This document shows, in pieces, positions 10,372-20,399 of a DNA stretch of 64,000 bases; the first letter of the stretch is position 1; each line of letters opens with the position of its first letter. Source of the stretch: a virus (Duplodnaviria > Caudoviricetes). Under the pieces are notes generated by a model. That model searched no databases, was not told where the DNA came from, and saw nothing but the letters and a program-made list of their open reading frames with translations. The DNA is taken from IMG/VR virus record IMGVR_UViG_3300032280_000442, positions 244,575 to 308,574 of that record, one strand, 5' to 3'. Made by a program: the position numbers and the translations under genes.

Positions 10372-10951
10372 GATTAATGGGGTGTTAAGAAACACATTGG
10401 ATAAAATCCAACAAACCTATCAAAAATATATGATAGATAAAACTGAGGGTTTAGATGACGACGAATCTTTTAAATACGAAATAACCCCACCATTAAACAG
10501 TTTAAATCTTAGAAACCATTTTAAATTTCAAAATGATGAAGAATTATTTTCATTTTTATACGAAGAATTTCCAATGGAAATATTTGGTCATTCACAATCA
10601 ACCGAATATTCTACATTCAACGACTTAAATGAAATATATTTAAATTTGAGAGATAATCACGATATACTGATAGTGTCCGATGAGATTGGTAAATCTAAAC
10701 CAGCGTCTTTGTTTTTCTTATCAAAATTTGGATGTTTGGTTGAAAAAGTAAAATTTTACAGTAATTCAACAATAAATTCGATGTGGGATGAAATAGATGT
10801 TTTACTTACATCAAACCCTGCTCTATTATTAGAACATCCGGAAGATAAATTTATCATAAAATATCAAACGGAGTACAATAAACATATCAAATCAGACAAT
10901 TCAATAACATCAATTAAAGAATTAGAATTTGAATTAACAAAAATAAAATAA
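10355..10951 (+). CDS. HAD-fold 5'(3')-nucleotidase-like protein with degenerate catalytic motif
   Basis: MRIAIEINGVLRN aligns to IxIDxDGVL; YNKH near C-terminus. Confidence 0.55.
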   Translation: MRIAIEINGVLRNTLDKIQQTYQKYMIDKTEGLDDDESFKYEITPPLNSLNLRNHFKFQNDEELFSFLYEEFPMEIFGHSQSTEYSTFNDLNEIYLNLRDNHDILIVSDEIGKSKPASLFFLSKFGCLVEKVKFYSNSTINSMWDEIDVLLTSNPALLLEHPEDKFIIKYQTEYNKHIKSDNSITSIKELEFELTKIK

Positions 10952-11229
10952 TGTTAAAAGTATTAGGGGAAAATTATTATTTGGATTTAGACAAAATAGA
11001 TGATTACGTCCAAATTAAAGGTGAAAAAATTAATATAACCGGTGTTACAGAATCCGCGCATATCAGTATCATAAAATACGAAACAGTCAAATTAATGATG
11101 GAAATCATTATGGATGAGACGGAAGAAATTGATGAAACACTCGGAGTTAAAGGAACAAATAACATATCAATACCATTTAAAATTGCGTTTAATACGTTAC
11201 TATATAAAAAATTACTAAACAAATTATAA
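10951..11229 (+). CDS. Hypothetical protein
   Basis: Translationally coupled ORF in operon. Confidence 0.6.
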   Translation: MLKVLGENYYLDLDKIDDYVQIKGEKINITGVTESAHISIIKYETVKLMMEIIMDETEEIDETLGVKGTNNISIPFKIAFNTLLYKKLLNKL

Positions 11230-11230
11230 T

Positions 11231-12286
11231 ATGAATCAAGAACAAATTTCAAAATTAGAGTTGTCAATTGAGAATATGAAAAATAAGAAATCTAAGATTT
11301 ATCTTATCACTCAAGACACAAAAGGTAACGCCAAAGCGTCCATCGCTTATATCTATAGATTAGGTTTGGCATTATTAAACGCAGGATATAATCCAATTAT
11401 TTTACACGAAACCCCTGATTATAAAGGAGTATCAGAATGGTTAGGAGAGGAATATATGACTTTACCTCATCAATCTATTGAAGGTCAAAATTTACAAGTA
11501 TCTCCGGAAGACTTAATCATTATCCCTGAATTATATGGTTTCATTATGTCTCAAATAACAAACTTACCTTGTGGTAAAATTGTTATTTGTCAATCTTACG
11601 ACTATATGTTAGAAACATTACAACCAGGTCAAACTTGGAGTGATTTAGGATTTTTTAAATGTATAACAACTTCTGACAAACAAAAAGAACAAATTGAAAC
11701 GGTTATGAGAAATATATCATTTGATATATTAACACCTTATATTTCCGATGTTTTTAAACCTCAGGTGTTACCATCAAAACCAATTATCACAGTACATTCA
11801 AGAGACCAAAGAGATACTGTTAATTTAATTAAAACTTTTTATATTAAGTTTCCACAATACAGATGGATTACTTTTAGAGATATGAGAAATTTAACGGAAA
11901 CAGAATTTGCCAAAGGATTAGATGAATCTTGTTTATCTGTTTGGATTGATGATGTAAGTGGTTATGGAACATTCCCTTTAGAATCTATGAAATGTGGTGT
12001 CCCTGTATTAGGTTTAGTTCCTAATTTATTACCGGAATGGATGACAGAAGACAATGGATTATGGATAAACAATAAAACACAATTAGTTGATTTTATTGCT
12101 GATTACTTACAAAATTGGTTAGAGGATAATGTAAATGAAAATTTATTTATTGAAATGAACAAAACCGTAGATTCATTACCTACCAAAGAAACTTTTGAAA
12201 CAGAATCTGTAAGATTATTTGAAGGGTATTTAAATACTAGACAAGAATCATTTGCTGAACAATTATCTAAACTACAAACAATATAA
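11231..12286 (+). CDS. GT-B (GT4-like) glycosyltransferase
   Basis: IIIPE; GYGTFPLESMKCGVPVLG resembles GT4 ExFGxxxLEAM motif. Confidence 0.7.
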   Translation: MNQEQISKLELSIENMKNKKSKIYLITQDTKGNAKASIAYIYRLGLALLNAGYNPIILHETPDYKGVSEWLGEEYMTLPHQSIEGQNLQVSPEDLIIIPELYGFIMSQITNLPCGKIVICQSYDYMLETLQPGQTWSDLGFFKCITTSDKQKEQIETVMRNISFDILTPYISDVFKPQVLPSKPIITVHSRDQRDTVNLIKTFYIKFPQYRWITFRDMRNLTETEFAKGLDESCLSVWIDDVSGYGTFPLESMKCGVPVLGLVPNLLPEWMTEDNGLWINNKTQLVDFIADYLQNWLEDNVNENLFIEMNKTVDSLPTKETFETESVRLFEGYLNTRQESFAEQLSKLQTI

Positions 12287-12293
12287 GAACAAT

Positions 12294-13106
12294 ATGGAAG
12301 AAATTAAAAAATTTGATGTATCGGTAATTTTACCAATTAAATCATCTAAAGTTAGAGATTTTGATGAATACTTTAAAAAATGTATTGAGTCATTAAAAAT
12401 ACAAAAAACACAAATAAATGAACTTGTTATTGTTCATACAAACGAAACCTCGTTGGTTGAATACTTAAACGGTTTTGATTTTGGTGATTTACCGGTTGTT
12501 AAAATTGAGTGGACTAAAGAACCTAATTTTTCAGCTCAGGTCAATTATGGTGTAAGAAGTGCAAAATCTACTTGGGTATCATTATTTGAATTTGATGATG
12601 AATACTCATCAATTTGGTTTAAAAATGTTTTAAAATATTCTCAAATATATTCTGATGTACACGCATTTTTACCAATCGTTGTAGATGTTGATAATACTGA
12701 GAAATTTGCCGGATTCACTAATGAGGCAACATTCGCAGCTAATTTCACACCTGAAATGGGTATCTTAACAAATGAGACGTTAATGGATTATCAAAATTTT
12801 CAATTATCGGGAATTGTTATTAAAAAAGAGTCATTCATTGATTATGGTTTATTAAAACCATCTTTTAAATTAACATTTGGTTATGAATTCTTTTTAAGAA
12901 TGACATACAATTCAATAAAAATTATGTCAATCCCTAAAATAGGATACAAACATATGAATTTAAGAGAGGGGTCTATTTTTTGGAACTATAAAAATGGGGA
13001 TGATGCTATAACACCCGATGAGGTTAAATTTTGGGTAGAGTCTGCAAAAAAAGAATTTTTCTTTATTAATGACAGAGCCATAAAGTACGAACCACAAGAA
13101 GTTTAA
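12294..13106 (+). CDS. GT2-family glycosyltransferase
   Basis: VSVILPI; NYGVRSAKSTWVSLFEFDDEY; ATG start at 12294 preferred to the upstream TTG. Confidence 0.75.
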   Translation: MEEIKKFDVSVILPIKSSKVRDFDEYFKKCIESLKIQKTQINELVIVHTNETSLVEYLNGFDFGDLPVVKIEWTKEPNFSAQVNYGVRSAKSTWVSLFEFDDEYSSIWFKNVLKYSQIYSDVHAFLPIVVDVDNTEKFAGFTNEATFAANFTPEMGILTNETLMDYQNFQLSGIVIKKESFIDYGLLKPSFKLTFGYEFFLRMTYNSIKIMSIPKIGYKHMNLREGSIFWNYKNGDDAITPDEVKFWVESAKKEFFFINDRAIKYEPQEV

Positions 13107-13855
13107 TGTCTGAAACAATTAATTTAACGGGAGATACCAGTGTTGAGTTAAAGAAGAAAGGTAGAAAACCAACCCAATTAAATTATTTTGATGTTCGGGA
13201 GGAATTGGCAGTTGTAAGATTTTTAGAAACTGAATGTCCAATTGAAAGAAATAAAATTTATAATGAGTTTTTATTAAAACCTTTAGATAAGATGATATCT
13301 TCAATTATTAGAAGATACAAATTATATAGAAAAGATATGGATTTCACAGAAATTCATACAGACACTCACTCGTTCTTAATAACAAAAATAGATAAGTTCA
13401 AGCCTTCTAAAGAAAAGAAGGCTTATTCTTATTTTGGAACCATATGCAAAAATTATCTTATGGGTCAAATTATTAAGGACCAAAAAGAAACAAATAGAAA
13501 AATATCTTATGAAGATATTTCTACTAGTTTAGAAAACGATGAAGGGTTTGCATATTACATAGAAAATGATACACTAGATTCTGAAAGACTTATTCATCAT
13601 TTCTTAATTAAATTAGATTTATTTATTAAAAATGAAAATCTAAATGAAAATGAGGTAAAACTTGGTCAGGCGTTGTATGATTTATTTGATAATTACGAAA
13701 ATATTTTTGTTGGAAACGATAATAATAAATTCAACAAAAATATAATATTACTTTCATTGAGGGAAATGACCAATCTTTCTACCAAAGAGATAAGAGGGTC
13801 TATGAAAAAATACAAAAATATGTATTTTGACTTGGTTCAAACTATGATTAAATAA
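13106..13855 (+). CDS. Phage late-transcription sigma factor (T4 gp55-like)
   Basis: KIDKFKPSKEKKAYSYFGTICKNYL resembles sigma region 2 of gp55-like proteins. Confidence 0.65.
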   Translation: MSETINLTGDTSVELKKKGRKPTQLNYFDVREELAVVRFLETECPIERNKIYNEFLLKPLDKMISSIIRRYKLYRKDMDFTEIHTDTHSFLITKIDKFKPSKEKKAYSYFGTICKNYLMGQIIKDQKETNRKISYEDISTSLENDEGFAYYIENDTLDSERLIHHFLIKLDLFIKNENLNENEVKLGQALYDLFDNYENIFVGNDNNKFNKNIILLSLREMTNLSTKEIRGSMKKYKNMYFDLVQTMIK

Positions 13856-13880
13856 AACCCAATCTTAAATATTTATTGTT

Positions 13881-14261
13881 ATGGGAAGGCCAACAAAAAA
13901 AGAAATTAATTTAACCAAAGAATCAATGTTATCATTGATGCAGGAAATCTACAATGAACTTGTAGAACAAAGAAATACTGCAATACGAATTCAAAATAAA
14001 ATGTTAACAATGATGAAGGAACCTGAAGATATGACAATTATCGGTCCGGTTATCGAAAAACAACAAAAAATCATAAATGATTGTGTTGAGAAAAAATTAA
14101 CATTGTCCAAATTACAATCTGGTATGTGGGAAAAATCTAATGCTAATAAAGATAGTGGAGGTGGATTTTCAATATCAGACTTAGGGGATGATGAATTATT
14201 AAAAACATTAATGGAAAAAGATATATCAAAAGATAACGATTCCTATAAATTGAAAAAATAA
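13881..14261 (+). CDS. Hypothetical coiled-coil protein
   Basis: ORF preceded by TATTTATT motif. Confidence 0.65.
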   Translation: MGRPTKKEINLTKESMLSLMQEIYNELVEQRNTAIRIQNKMLTMMKEPEDMTIIGPVIEKQQKIINDCVEKKLTLSKLQSGMWEKSNANKDSGGGFSISDLGDDELLKTLMEKDISKDNDSYKLKK

Positions 14262-14267
14262 TAAATT

Positions 14268-16172
14268 ATGCCATCATTAGATATAAATTTTGATTATAAC
14301 AAAATTCAAAAAAAACTTAATGCGACTAAATCTTTTACAGATATTAAGTCTCAGTATAATGATGCAACCAAAAAAACTGGTGAGTCGTTTGAAAAAACAA
14401 AATCTCAAGTTTCCGAATCGTTAACAAGTGTTAAAAATCAAACTAAAAGATATCAAAGACAAGTTAAGAACCAATTTGAACAACTTTTAGATTTAACCAA
14501 TACGTCCGGAGGAAACGGTAGTGGTTCACCAAAATACATTAAAAGACTTCTAATTAGAACAATTAAAAATGTTCAACCAAGATTACGAACAATTGTTATC
14601 AAAGATTGTTTAACCGCGTTAGGTTGTGACCAACAACAAACATATACCACAGGCCAACCTATATATGTGAAAGTAGGGTCTGTTGACTTATTTAATAGGT
14701 TATTTATTGACCCTCAAGATGAAGTGGGTGTGGTTGTTTATGAGAAAAATTTACCTCAACCAAATCAGATACCTTATTCAATGAATAGGAAGTTATATGA
14801 ATTAACAACTAATAATAACCTAATTTATAATTACAAAGGTAAATCAGGTCAAGATTTATTTGATATACAATATTCTGACACTGATGGGAATGGTGTTACT
14901 GGTGGTTGGTTTAAAATTGACTTAAAAGCTCGAAATAACCCACTTAAAGTTGGTGAGTTTATGGTTGATTATTATGACACCATAAGAATGTCTGAAGATA
15001 CAGATATTATTGCGTCAATTATGGAATCATTATCCGGAGCAATTTCTATGAAAATTAATGCCGGAACATCTCAAGTTGAGAATGCTAGTCAAGCAGAATT
15101 AATTTTAGCAAGAATATTAGGACTTTGTTTTGATAGTGGAGGAAGTGATGGTGAAATAGACACTAGTGGTATTTCTAAAATTGCCGAATTAGATGGTATA
15201 GATGATTCATTTTTTGAATTTACTGAAATTGATTTAAGAAATATTGATATTAGAACCGCTAACATTAAAAAAGGTGTTATACAATTTGAAGATTGTAATA
15301 ATATTGATTTACCTGTTAATTTTAACGAAATTGTGGGGGCGTTAGGCCAATTAAATTTTTATGAAGGTTCCGAATTTGAAGATGCTGCAAATAACGTTAG
15401 TGATGTTTTAGCAAACAATCCATCTTGGATTGGTGTTGGAATTAATATTGACCCACAAGTTGTTGTTGATACTAATTTTATTAAGTTAATAACTAACGGA
15501 ATGATTGGAGCATTAATAACTCCAAAAATGATATTACCAATTATTGTTATGTATAAAGCATTGGGTAATACGTTGGCTGACAACATTAAATCATTTGTTG
15601 ACTTTGCAAAAATATTTAAAAAATTCTTTATTAATTTAGTATCTAAAGTAGGTGCAATTTTTGTGGAAGAATTATACAAATTAATTAAAGAGGATATTTT
15701 AAAATTAGTACAACAAGTTATTCAAGACATCGTTAAAGAAAAAATTGTTAAAAAATACGCAATGATATTAAAATTGTTAGCATTATTATTAGCAATAATT
15801 GGATTAATAACTGACTATCGTAAATGTAAAAATTTAATTGACGATATTCTTGCTTTATTAAATTTATTAAATGTTCCCGGATTTGGTAGTAGTATACCAT
15901 TACCAATATTATATGCCTCACAATTATTAGACGGTTATTCCGAATCAAGAGCATTTATTGGGGCTATTGAAGAAATGCAAAATTTAGGTATTCCAACCGG
16001 AGCAATGCCAAGTGGAGCACCAAATTTTGATTTATTAGGTAGATTTGGACAAATGAAAGCGATGGCTTTGGAAGAAGCCGAAAATAATAAACTTCAAGTT
16101 GCGGTGGGACCATTACTAGTTACACCAGCATTCTTAACAGTACCAACAAGTTCATACGGTAAAAAATTCTAA
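14268..16172 (+). CDS. Putative virion/baseplate structural protein
   Basis: 634-aa ORF in late operon upstream of gp5-like gene. Confidence 0.45.
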   Translation: MPSLDINFDYNKIQKKLNATKSFTDIKSQYNDATKKTGESFEKTKSQVSESLTSVKNQTKRYQRQVKNQFEQLLDLTNTSGGNGSGSPKYIKRLLIRTIKNVQPRLRTIVIKDCLTALGCDQQQTYTTGQPIYVKVGSVDLFNRLFIDPQDEVGVVVYEKNLPQPNQIPYSMNRKLYELTTNNNLIYNYKGKSGQDLFDIQYSDTDGNGVTGGWFKIDLKARNNPLKVGEFMVDYYDTIRMSEDTDIIASIMESLSGAISMKINAGTSQVENASQAELILARILGLCFDSGGSDGEIDTSGISKIAELDGIDDSFFEFTEIDLRNIDIRTANIKKGVIQFEDCNNIDLPVNFNEIVGALGQLNFYEGSEFEDAANNVSDVLANNPSWIGVGINIDPQVVVDTNFIKLITNGMIGALITPKMILPIIVMYKALGNTLADNIKSFVDFAKIFKKFFINLVSKVGAIFVEELYKLIKEDILKLVQQVIQDIVKEKIVKKYAMILKLLALLLAIIGLITDYRKCKNLIDDILALLNLLNVPGFGSSIPLPILYASQLLDGYSESRAFIGAIEEMQNLGIPTGAMPSGAPNFDLLGRFGQMKAMALEEAENNKLQVAVGPLLVTPAFLTVPTSSYGKKF

Positions 16173-16174
16173 TT

Positions 16175-16396
16175 ATGACTCAAAAAGAAAAATCTGAAAA
16201 AGTATTACAAATTATTAAAGAATACAAAACATCGTCAAATAAAGATTTAACTCTTGCTATGGATTGTATCCAAGAAGATTTTGAATATACTAAAAAGTTA
16301 GTATTAAAAGGAACAGAACAATTAGATAAGTTAGAATTAACTTACAACACCATATTAAAAGAATATCAAAAGAGAATGAAACAAAATGGAAATTAA
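16175..16396 (+). CDS. Hypothetical protein
   Basis: Coupled ORF in operon. Confidence 0.6.
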   Translation: MTQKEKSEKVLQIIKEYKTSSNKDLTLAMDCIQEDFEYTKKLVLKGTEQLDKLELTYNTILKEYQKRMKQNGN

Positions 16397-17954
16397 TAGA
16401 AAAAATAAACATCAAATATTATTTCCAGGGTATGTCTATGATAATCAGGACCCTATGATGTTAGGTCGACTTAGAATTATTCCTGAGACAAAAAACTATG
16501 ATGATATTATCGCTTCAGTTGTTGATTGGAACGAAGAAACCGATATATGGACATCAAAAGACCCGTTAATCTATATTCCTTTATTACCTTTTTATATTAG
16601 TCAAACACCTAAAATAAATGAATACGTTCATATTATTTATATGAATAAACTTGAACCATTCAAAAATCAATTTTATATTCAAGGACCATTTTCGTCTCCA
16701 ATGACAACCCCTTTTGAAGATAATCAAGGGGCTAAAAAATTCTTAGCCGCAGGTGATAAAATAAAAGAAGGGTTAAGTATTAAAAACCAAAATGGTGAAT
16801 ACCGTGATGATAATAGCAAAGGAGTATTTCCTGAACCGGGAGATAACGCTTTATTAGGTCGAGGAACCGCCGATGTTATTGTAAAAGAAAATGAAGTATT
16901 AATTCGAGCAGGTAAAACAAAAGAACTATCCAAAGATAAGTTTCCAATAGGAAATCAAAATAGAGCCTTTTTACAGTTAACAAGATTTACACAAACTAAA
17001 AAAACATTACCAAAAGAATCAAATTATCGTTTAGTTCAAGATGTTCTATTAGTTAAAAAAATGATTGTTTGGGATATCACAAATTTAGATAATTCTACAG
17101 GTAATTTTACAGGGTCCGTTAAGTTATATAATCTTAAACCGAGTTCAAAAGTTAATACAGACAATTTTAAATTTGACACAATTTTAAATTTAACAAGTGG
17201 TGAAGATTACGGAGTTGAATTAGAATCTGTCTCATTTATGGGTAAATCTTTTAATGAATCAGTTAAAGCAATTAATGATTTTATTTCTAAAGTATTTAAC
17301 CCAAATGTTACATTTACCGGTATTACTATAAATAACCCACAAAATCTTGCAACCCAATTTCCGTTTGTTGTTACCCCATCAAAACAAACCTACGAAATTG
17401 GTAAAAAATTCTCACCAACAACAGCGTTAGGTGAAATATTAGAATATATTAACTACAAAAGATTTTTTAATAACATTAAGTTAAACAATTCTGAGGAAGA
17501 AGGTTGGTTTTTAGTTTCTGAAAATAAAGGAGGTAAACCATTGTTTGGACCTCAAGGAACTTTAAAAGAAGAAATAATTCAACCAACAACATTTGAAAAT
17601 GAAGATATCACATACGGTGCGTTAGGTGCTCAACGGATATTTTTATTATCACAAAATTCTACAAGTCCCAAAGGACAAATAAGTCTTGCCGATACTTTAT
17701 ATGGTATACCACAAGATAAGTTTATTGGTGCAGGACAAACATTATATGATAAAACATATTCATCAGTTAGAGGTGAAGAGTTGGTTAAATTAATTGAAAA
17801 AATTGTTGAGTTCTTAAACAACCACGTTCACCCTCACGCCAATATGGTACCGGATGAAGCAACTCAAGGTTCTAAAACAACCAAGACCAGTATCAACCAA
17901 TTATTGGCCGATGTAAATAATACTGTCTTAAATCAAAATATTCGAATAAACTAA
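16386..17954 (+). CDS. Baseplate hub/spike protein (gp5/VgrG-like N-terminal OB fold)
   Basis: VYDNQDPMMLGRLRI N-terminus; C-terminal RGEELVKLI...NNHVHPH spike-tip His motif. Confidence 0.6.
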   Translation: MEINRKNKHQILFPGYVYDNQDPMMLGRLRIIPETKNYDDIIASVVDWNEETDIWTSKDPLIYIPLLPFYISQTPKINEYVHIIYMNKLEPFKNQFYIQGPFSSPMTTPFEDNQGAKKFLAAGDKIKEGLSIKNQNGEYRDDNSKGVFPEPGDNALLGRGTADVIVKENEVLIRAGKTKELSKDKFPIGNQNRAFLQLTRFTQTKKTLPKESNYRLVQDVLLVKKMIVWDITNLDNSTGNFTGSVKLYNLKPSSKVNTDNFKFDTILNLTSGEDYGVELESVSFMGKSFNESVKAINDFISKVFNPNVTFTGITINNPQNLATQFPFVVTPSKQTYEIGKKFSPTTALGEILEYINYKRFFNNIKLNNSEEEGWFLVSENKGGKPLFGPQGTLKEEIIQPTTFENEDITYGALGAQRIFLLSQNSTSPKGQISLADTLYGIPQDKFIGAGQTLYDKTYSSVRGEELVKLIEKIVEFLNNHVHPHANMVPDEATQGSKTTKTSINQLLADVNNTVLNQNIRIN

Positions 17955-17976
17955 ATATTTATTGTTAAAAGATTTT

Positions 17977-19437
17977 ATGTCAATTAACAATTCATATTTC
18001 AGTAAGAACAACACACTCATATCAAATAGCTTAACAAACACAGGAAGAAATCCTGTGACTGAGCTATTCTATGGTTCGTTAGCAACATCACTATACCCAA
18101 ATGGTTTCAGTCGATTTATCTTTGATTTAGACCTAACTCTATTACAAGAAAAAGTTTCTGACGGAACTATTTCAACAACTTGTAATGATACTATGGTTCA
18201 TACATTAAGAATGGTTAATACCTCAACATTTAATCTTGAACAATTAAATACAACAACATCTCAAGGTAGATTAAGAGCAACGTCATTTGATTTAATATTA
18301 TTTAGAATACCTAACAACCAATTATGGGATGAAGGTGTCGGATATGACTTTGCAGATTTAATATACGACTATAGTAATTCTGACAAAAATTTCTCAACAA
18401 GACCGTCCAATTGGATTCAAACAACAACATTAAGTGGTTGGACATCACCAGGTATCTATAGTAATATCAATAGTGGAGCAACACCATATAGTGCATTAAC
18501 TATTGTTGATACTCAACACTTCCAATTTGGAAATGAAAATATTTCATTTGATATGACAAGTGAAATTAATAGTATTTTAACAGGGGGATTAACCGGTGTT
18601 ACGGGTTGGGGTATCGCTTACTTACCTCAAATAGAAAACTTAACAGGGTTGACTGAAAACTATGAAGTCCAATTCTTTACAAGACATACCCAAACATTCT
18701 ACGAACCATTCTTAGAAACAAACTATAACGACATAATTGAAGACAATAGAAATAACTTTTCATTAGGTAAAGTAAACAAGTTATATCTGTATCTATATGA
18801 AGATGGTAATCCAATTAATTTAGACCAATTACCATCAGTATCTATTTCAGATGCAAGCGGAACACCAATATTGGGATTATCAACACCAAACTTAGATGTT
18901 TGTCAAAGAACAAAAGGGGTGTACGAAGTTATCATCCCACCATTATTAGGTTACAAAACACCTTGTTCGTTCTATGATGTTTGGAGTGATTTATACATAA
19001 ATGGATTTCAAGTAGATGATATCACAAATAGTTTTACAGTATACCCATTTAAAAAATCAGTTCAAATTGGTACAACAACTCAAGACCCTAAAGTTTATGG
19101 TTTTGATTTTTATGGTATTAAACAAGATGAAAAAATATACAACACAGATATTAGAAAAGTTGGGGTGGTAATCAAACAAGCTTACTCAACAAATAAAATA
19201 CTTCCAAACGTAGAGGCACATTATAGAGTATATGTAAGAGAAGGTCAAACAGAAGTTGAGGTTCAAGATTGGACAAGAATAAACAAAACCCCAAATGAAT
19301 ACTATTTTATGTTCGACACAAGAGATAAAATACCTAACGAATATTATATTGATTTGAAAGTATTAAGTAGTGGGGAAATAAACACATATAAAAAACAAAT
19401 CAAATTCCAAATAGTAAATCTAAAATATTTGGAATAA
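17977..19437 (+). CDS. Putative virion structural protein
   Basis: SRFIFDL and WDEGVGYD motifs; preceded by TATTTATT at 17956; ATG at 17977 preferred. Confidence 0.5.
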   Translation: MSINNSYFSKNNTLISNSLTNTGRNPVTELFYGSLATSLYPNGFSRFIFDLDLTLLQEKVSDGTISTTCNDTMVHTLRMVNTSTFNLEQLNTTTSQGRLRATSFDLILFRIPNNQLWDEGVGYDFADLIYDYSNSDKNFSTRPSNWIQTTTLSGWTSPGIYSNINSGATPYSALTIVDTQHFQFGNENISFDMTSEINSILTGGLTGVTGWGIAYLPQIENLTGLTENYEVQFFTRHTQTFYEPFLETNYNDIIEDNRNNFSLGKVNKLYLYLYEDGNPINLDQLPSVSISDASGTPILGLSTPNLDVCQRTKGVYEVIIPPLLGYKTPCSFYDVWSDLYINGFQVDDITNSFTVYPFKKSVQIGTTTQDPKVYGFDFYGIKQDEKIYNTDIRKVGVVIKQAYSTNKILPNVEAHYRVYVREGQTEVEVQDWTRINKTPNEYYFMFDTRDKIPNEYYIDLKVLSSGEINTYKKQIKFQIVNLKYLE

Positions 19438-19461
19438 TCAGATATTTATAAATAAAAAATT

Positions 19462-19845
19462 ATGGCAAATAGATTATTAACAGGAACAACTTGTTCTTTG
19501 GGAGCAGTAATAACATTTATCGCTGAGGATACTTTAGTAATGGCAAACGCGTTAAATAAAATATATCAACTTGGTGATGGAACGTGTATTACATTGACCG
19601 CAACAGGGGCAACAACATCCAGTTTAACAACTAAAGTAATTGTTTATGGACCATACAGTTCTTGTACGGAATGTATAACACCTTTAAATAGTGCCGGAGT
19701 AACATCAATTAATTGTGTTGATTGTGGTACAGGTACCGTAACGGCAACAACACTACCTCACGCAATCTATACCAACGGACAAAATAGAGCTATCTCACAA
19801 AATAACACAGTTACATTAGGAGGACCCAACGGACTAAACAACTAA
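19462..19845 (+). CDS. Small Cys/Thr-rich putative virion protein
   Basis: CxxC pairs; preceded by TATTTATA. Confidence 0.5.
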   Translation: MANRLLTGTTCSLGAVITFIAEDTLVMANALNKIYQLGDGTCITLTATGATTSSLTTKVIVYGPYSSCTECITPLNSAGVTSINCVDCGTGTVTATTLPHAIYTNGQNRAISQNNTVTLGGPNGLNN

Positions 19846-19946
19846 ATAAAAAAAGAGAAATTAAGTTTTCTCTTTTTTTTTGTCAAAATATTTTTTATTC
19901 TCAAAAATATCATTACATTTGTACCATATAATAAATCAAGTACATA

Positions 19947-20387
19947 ATGAGAAAGATATTTAAATTTTTTAAAAGATTGGCGGTAAGACGTATTGCAAAA
20001 ACAAGAAATCAATTTGATTACCAAGACCCGGGACTATTAGGTGATGTTCACATCTGTAAAGCGATATGCCGTAAACTTATAACAAGTGAAGGTTCGAAGT
20101 TTTTAATTGCACCACTATCTTCTCAAAGATATATTAAACATTCTGAACTTGGAATCTTTGTTATCCTTGACGATAAAAAAATTAGTGTAATCAATCACGA
20201 ATACTACTACAGTAATATCTTATTATCTAATAGAGACTGGGACAAATTAACTAAGATGTATGATACAAAAGTAGAACGTATCAGACAAGAATTAAAAAAT
20301 GAAATGAAGTCCCAAATCAAATATTCTTTAAAAGGTATTTTAGATAGAGTGGACAACTCCAAAAAAACAAAAACCCCTACTGAGTAA
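19947..20387 (+). CDS. Hypothetical protein
   Basis: ORF with TACATTTG promoter at 19914 and terminator at 20369. Confidence 0.65.
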   Translation: MRKIFKFFKRLAVRRIAKTRNQFDYQDPGLLGDVHICKAICRKLITSEGSKFLIAPLSSQRYIKHSELGIFVILDDKKISVINHEYYYSNILLSNRDWDKLTKMYDTKVERIRQELKNEMKSQIKYSLKGILDRVDNSKKTKTPTE

Positions 20388-20397
20388 GGGGTTTTTT
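20369..20397. terminator. Bidirectional intrinsic terminator
   Basis: AAAAACCCCT...AGGGGTTTTTT hairpin between convergent genes. Confidence 0.75.
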
Positions 20398-20399
20398 AT

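Noticed and set aside
1-13106. Bacterial O-antigen/capsule locus, i.e. window is a host chromosome or prophage junction
   Set aside because: Runs without a break into phage sigma and virion genes, shares the same GATC/CCGG signature, and shows no integrase, att site, wzx/wzy or housekeeping synteny
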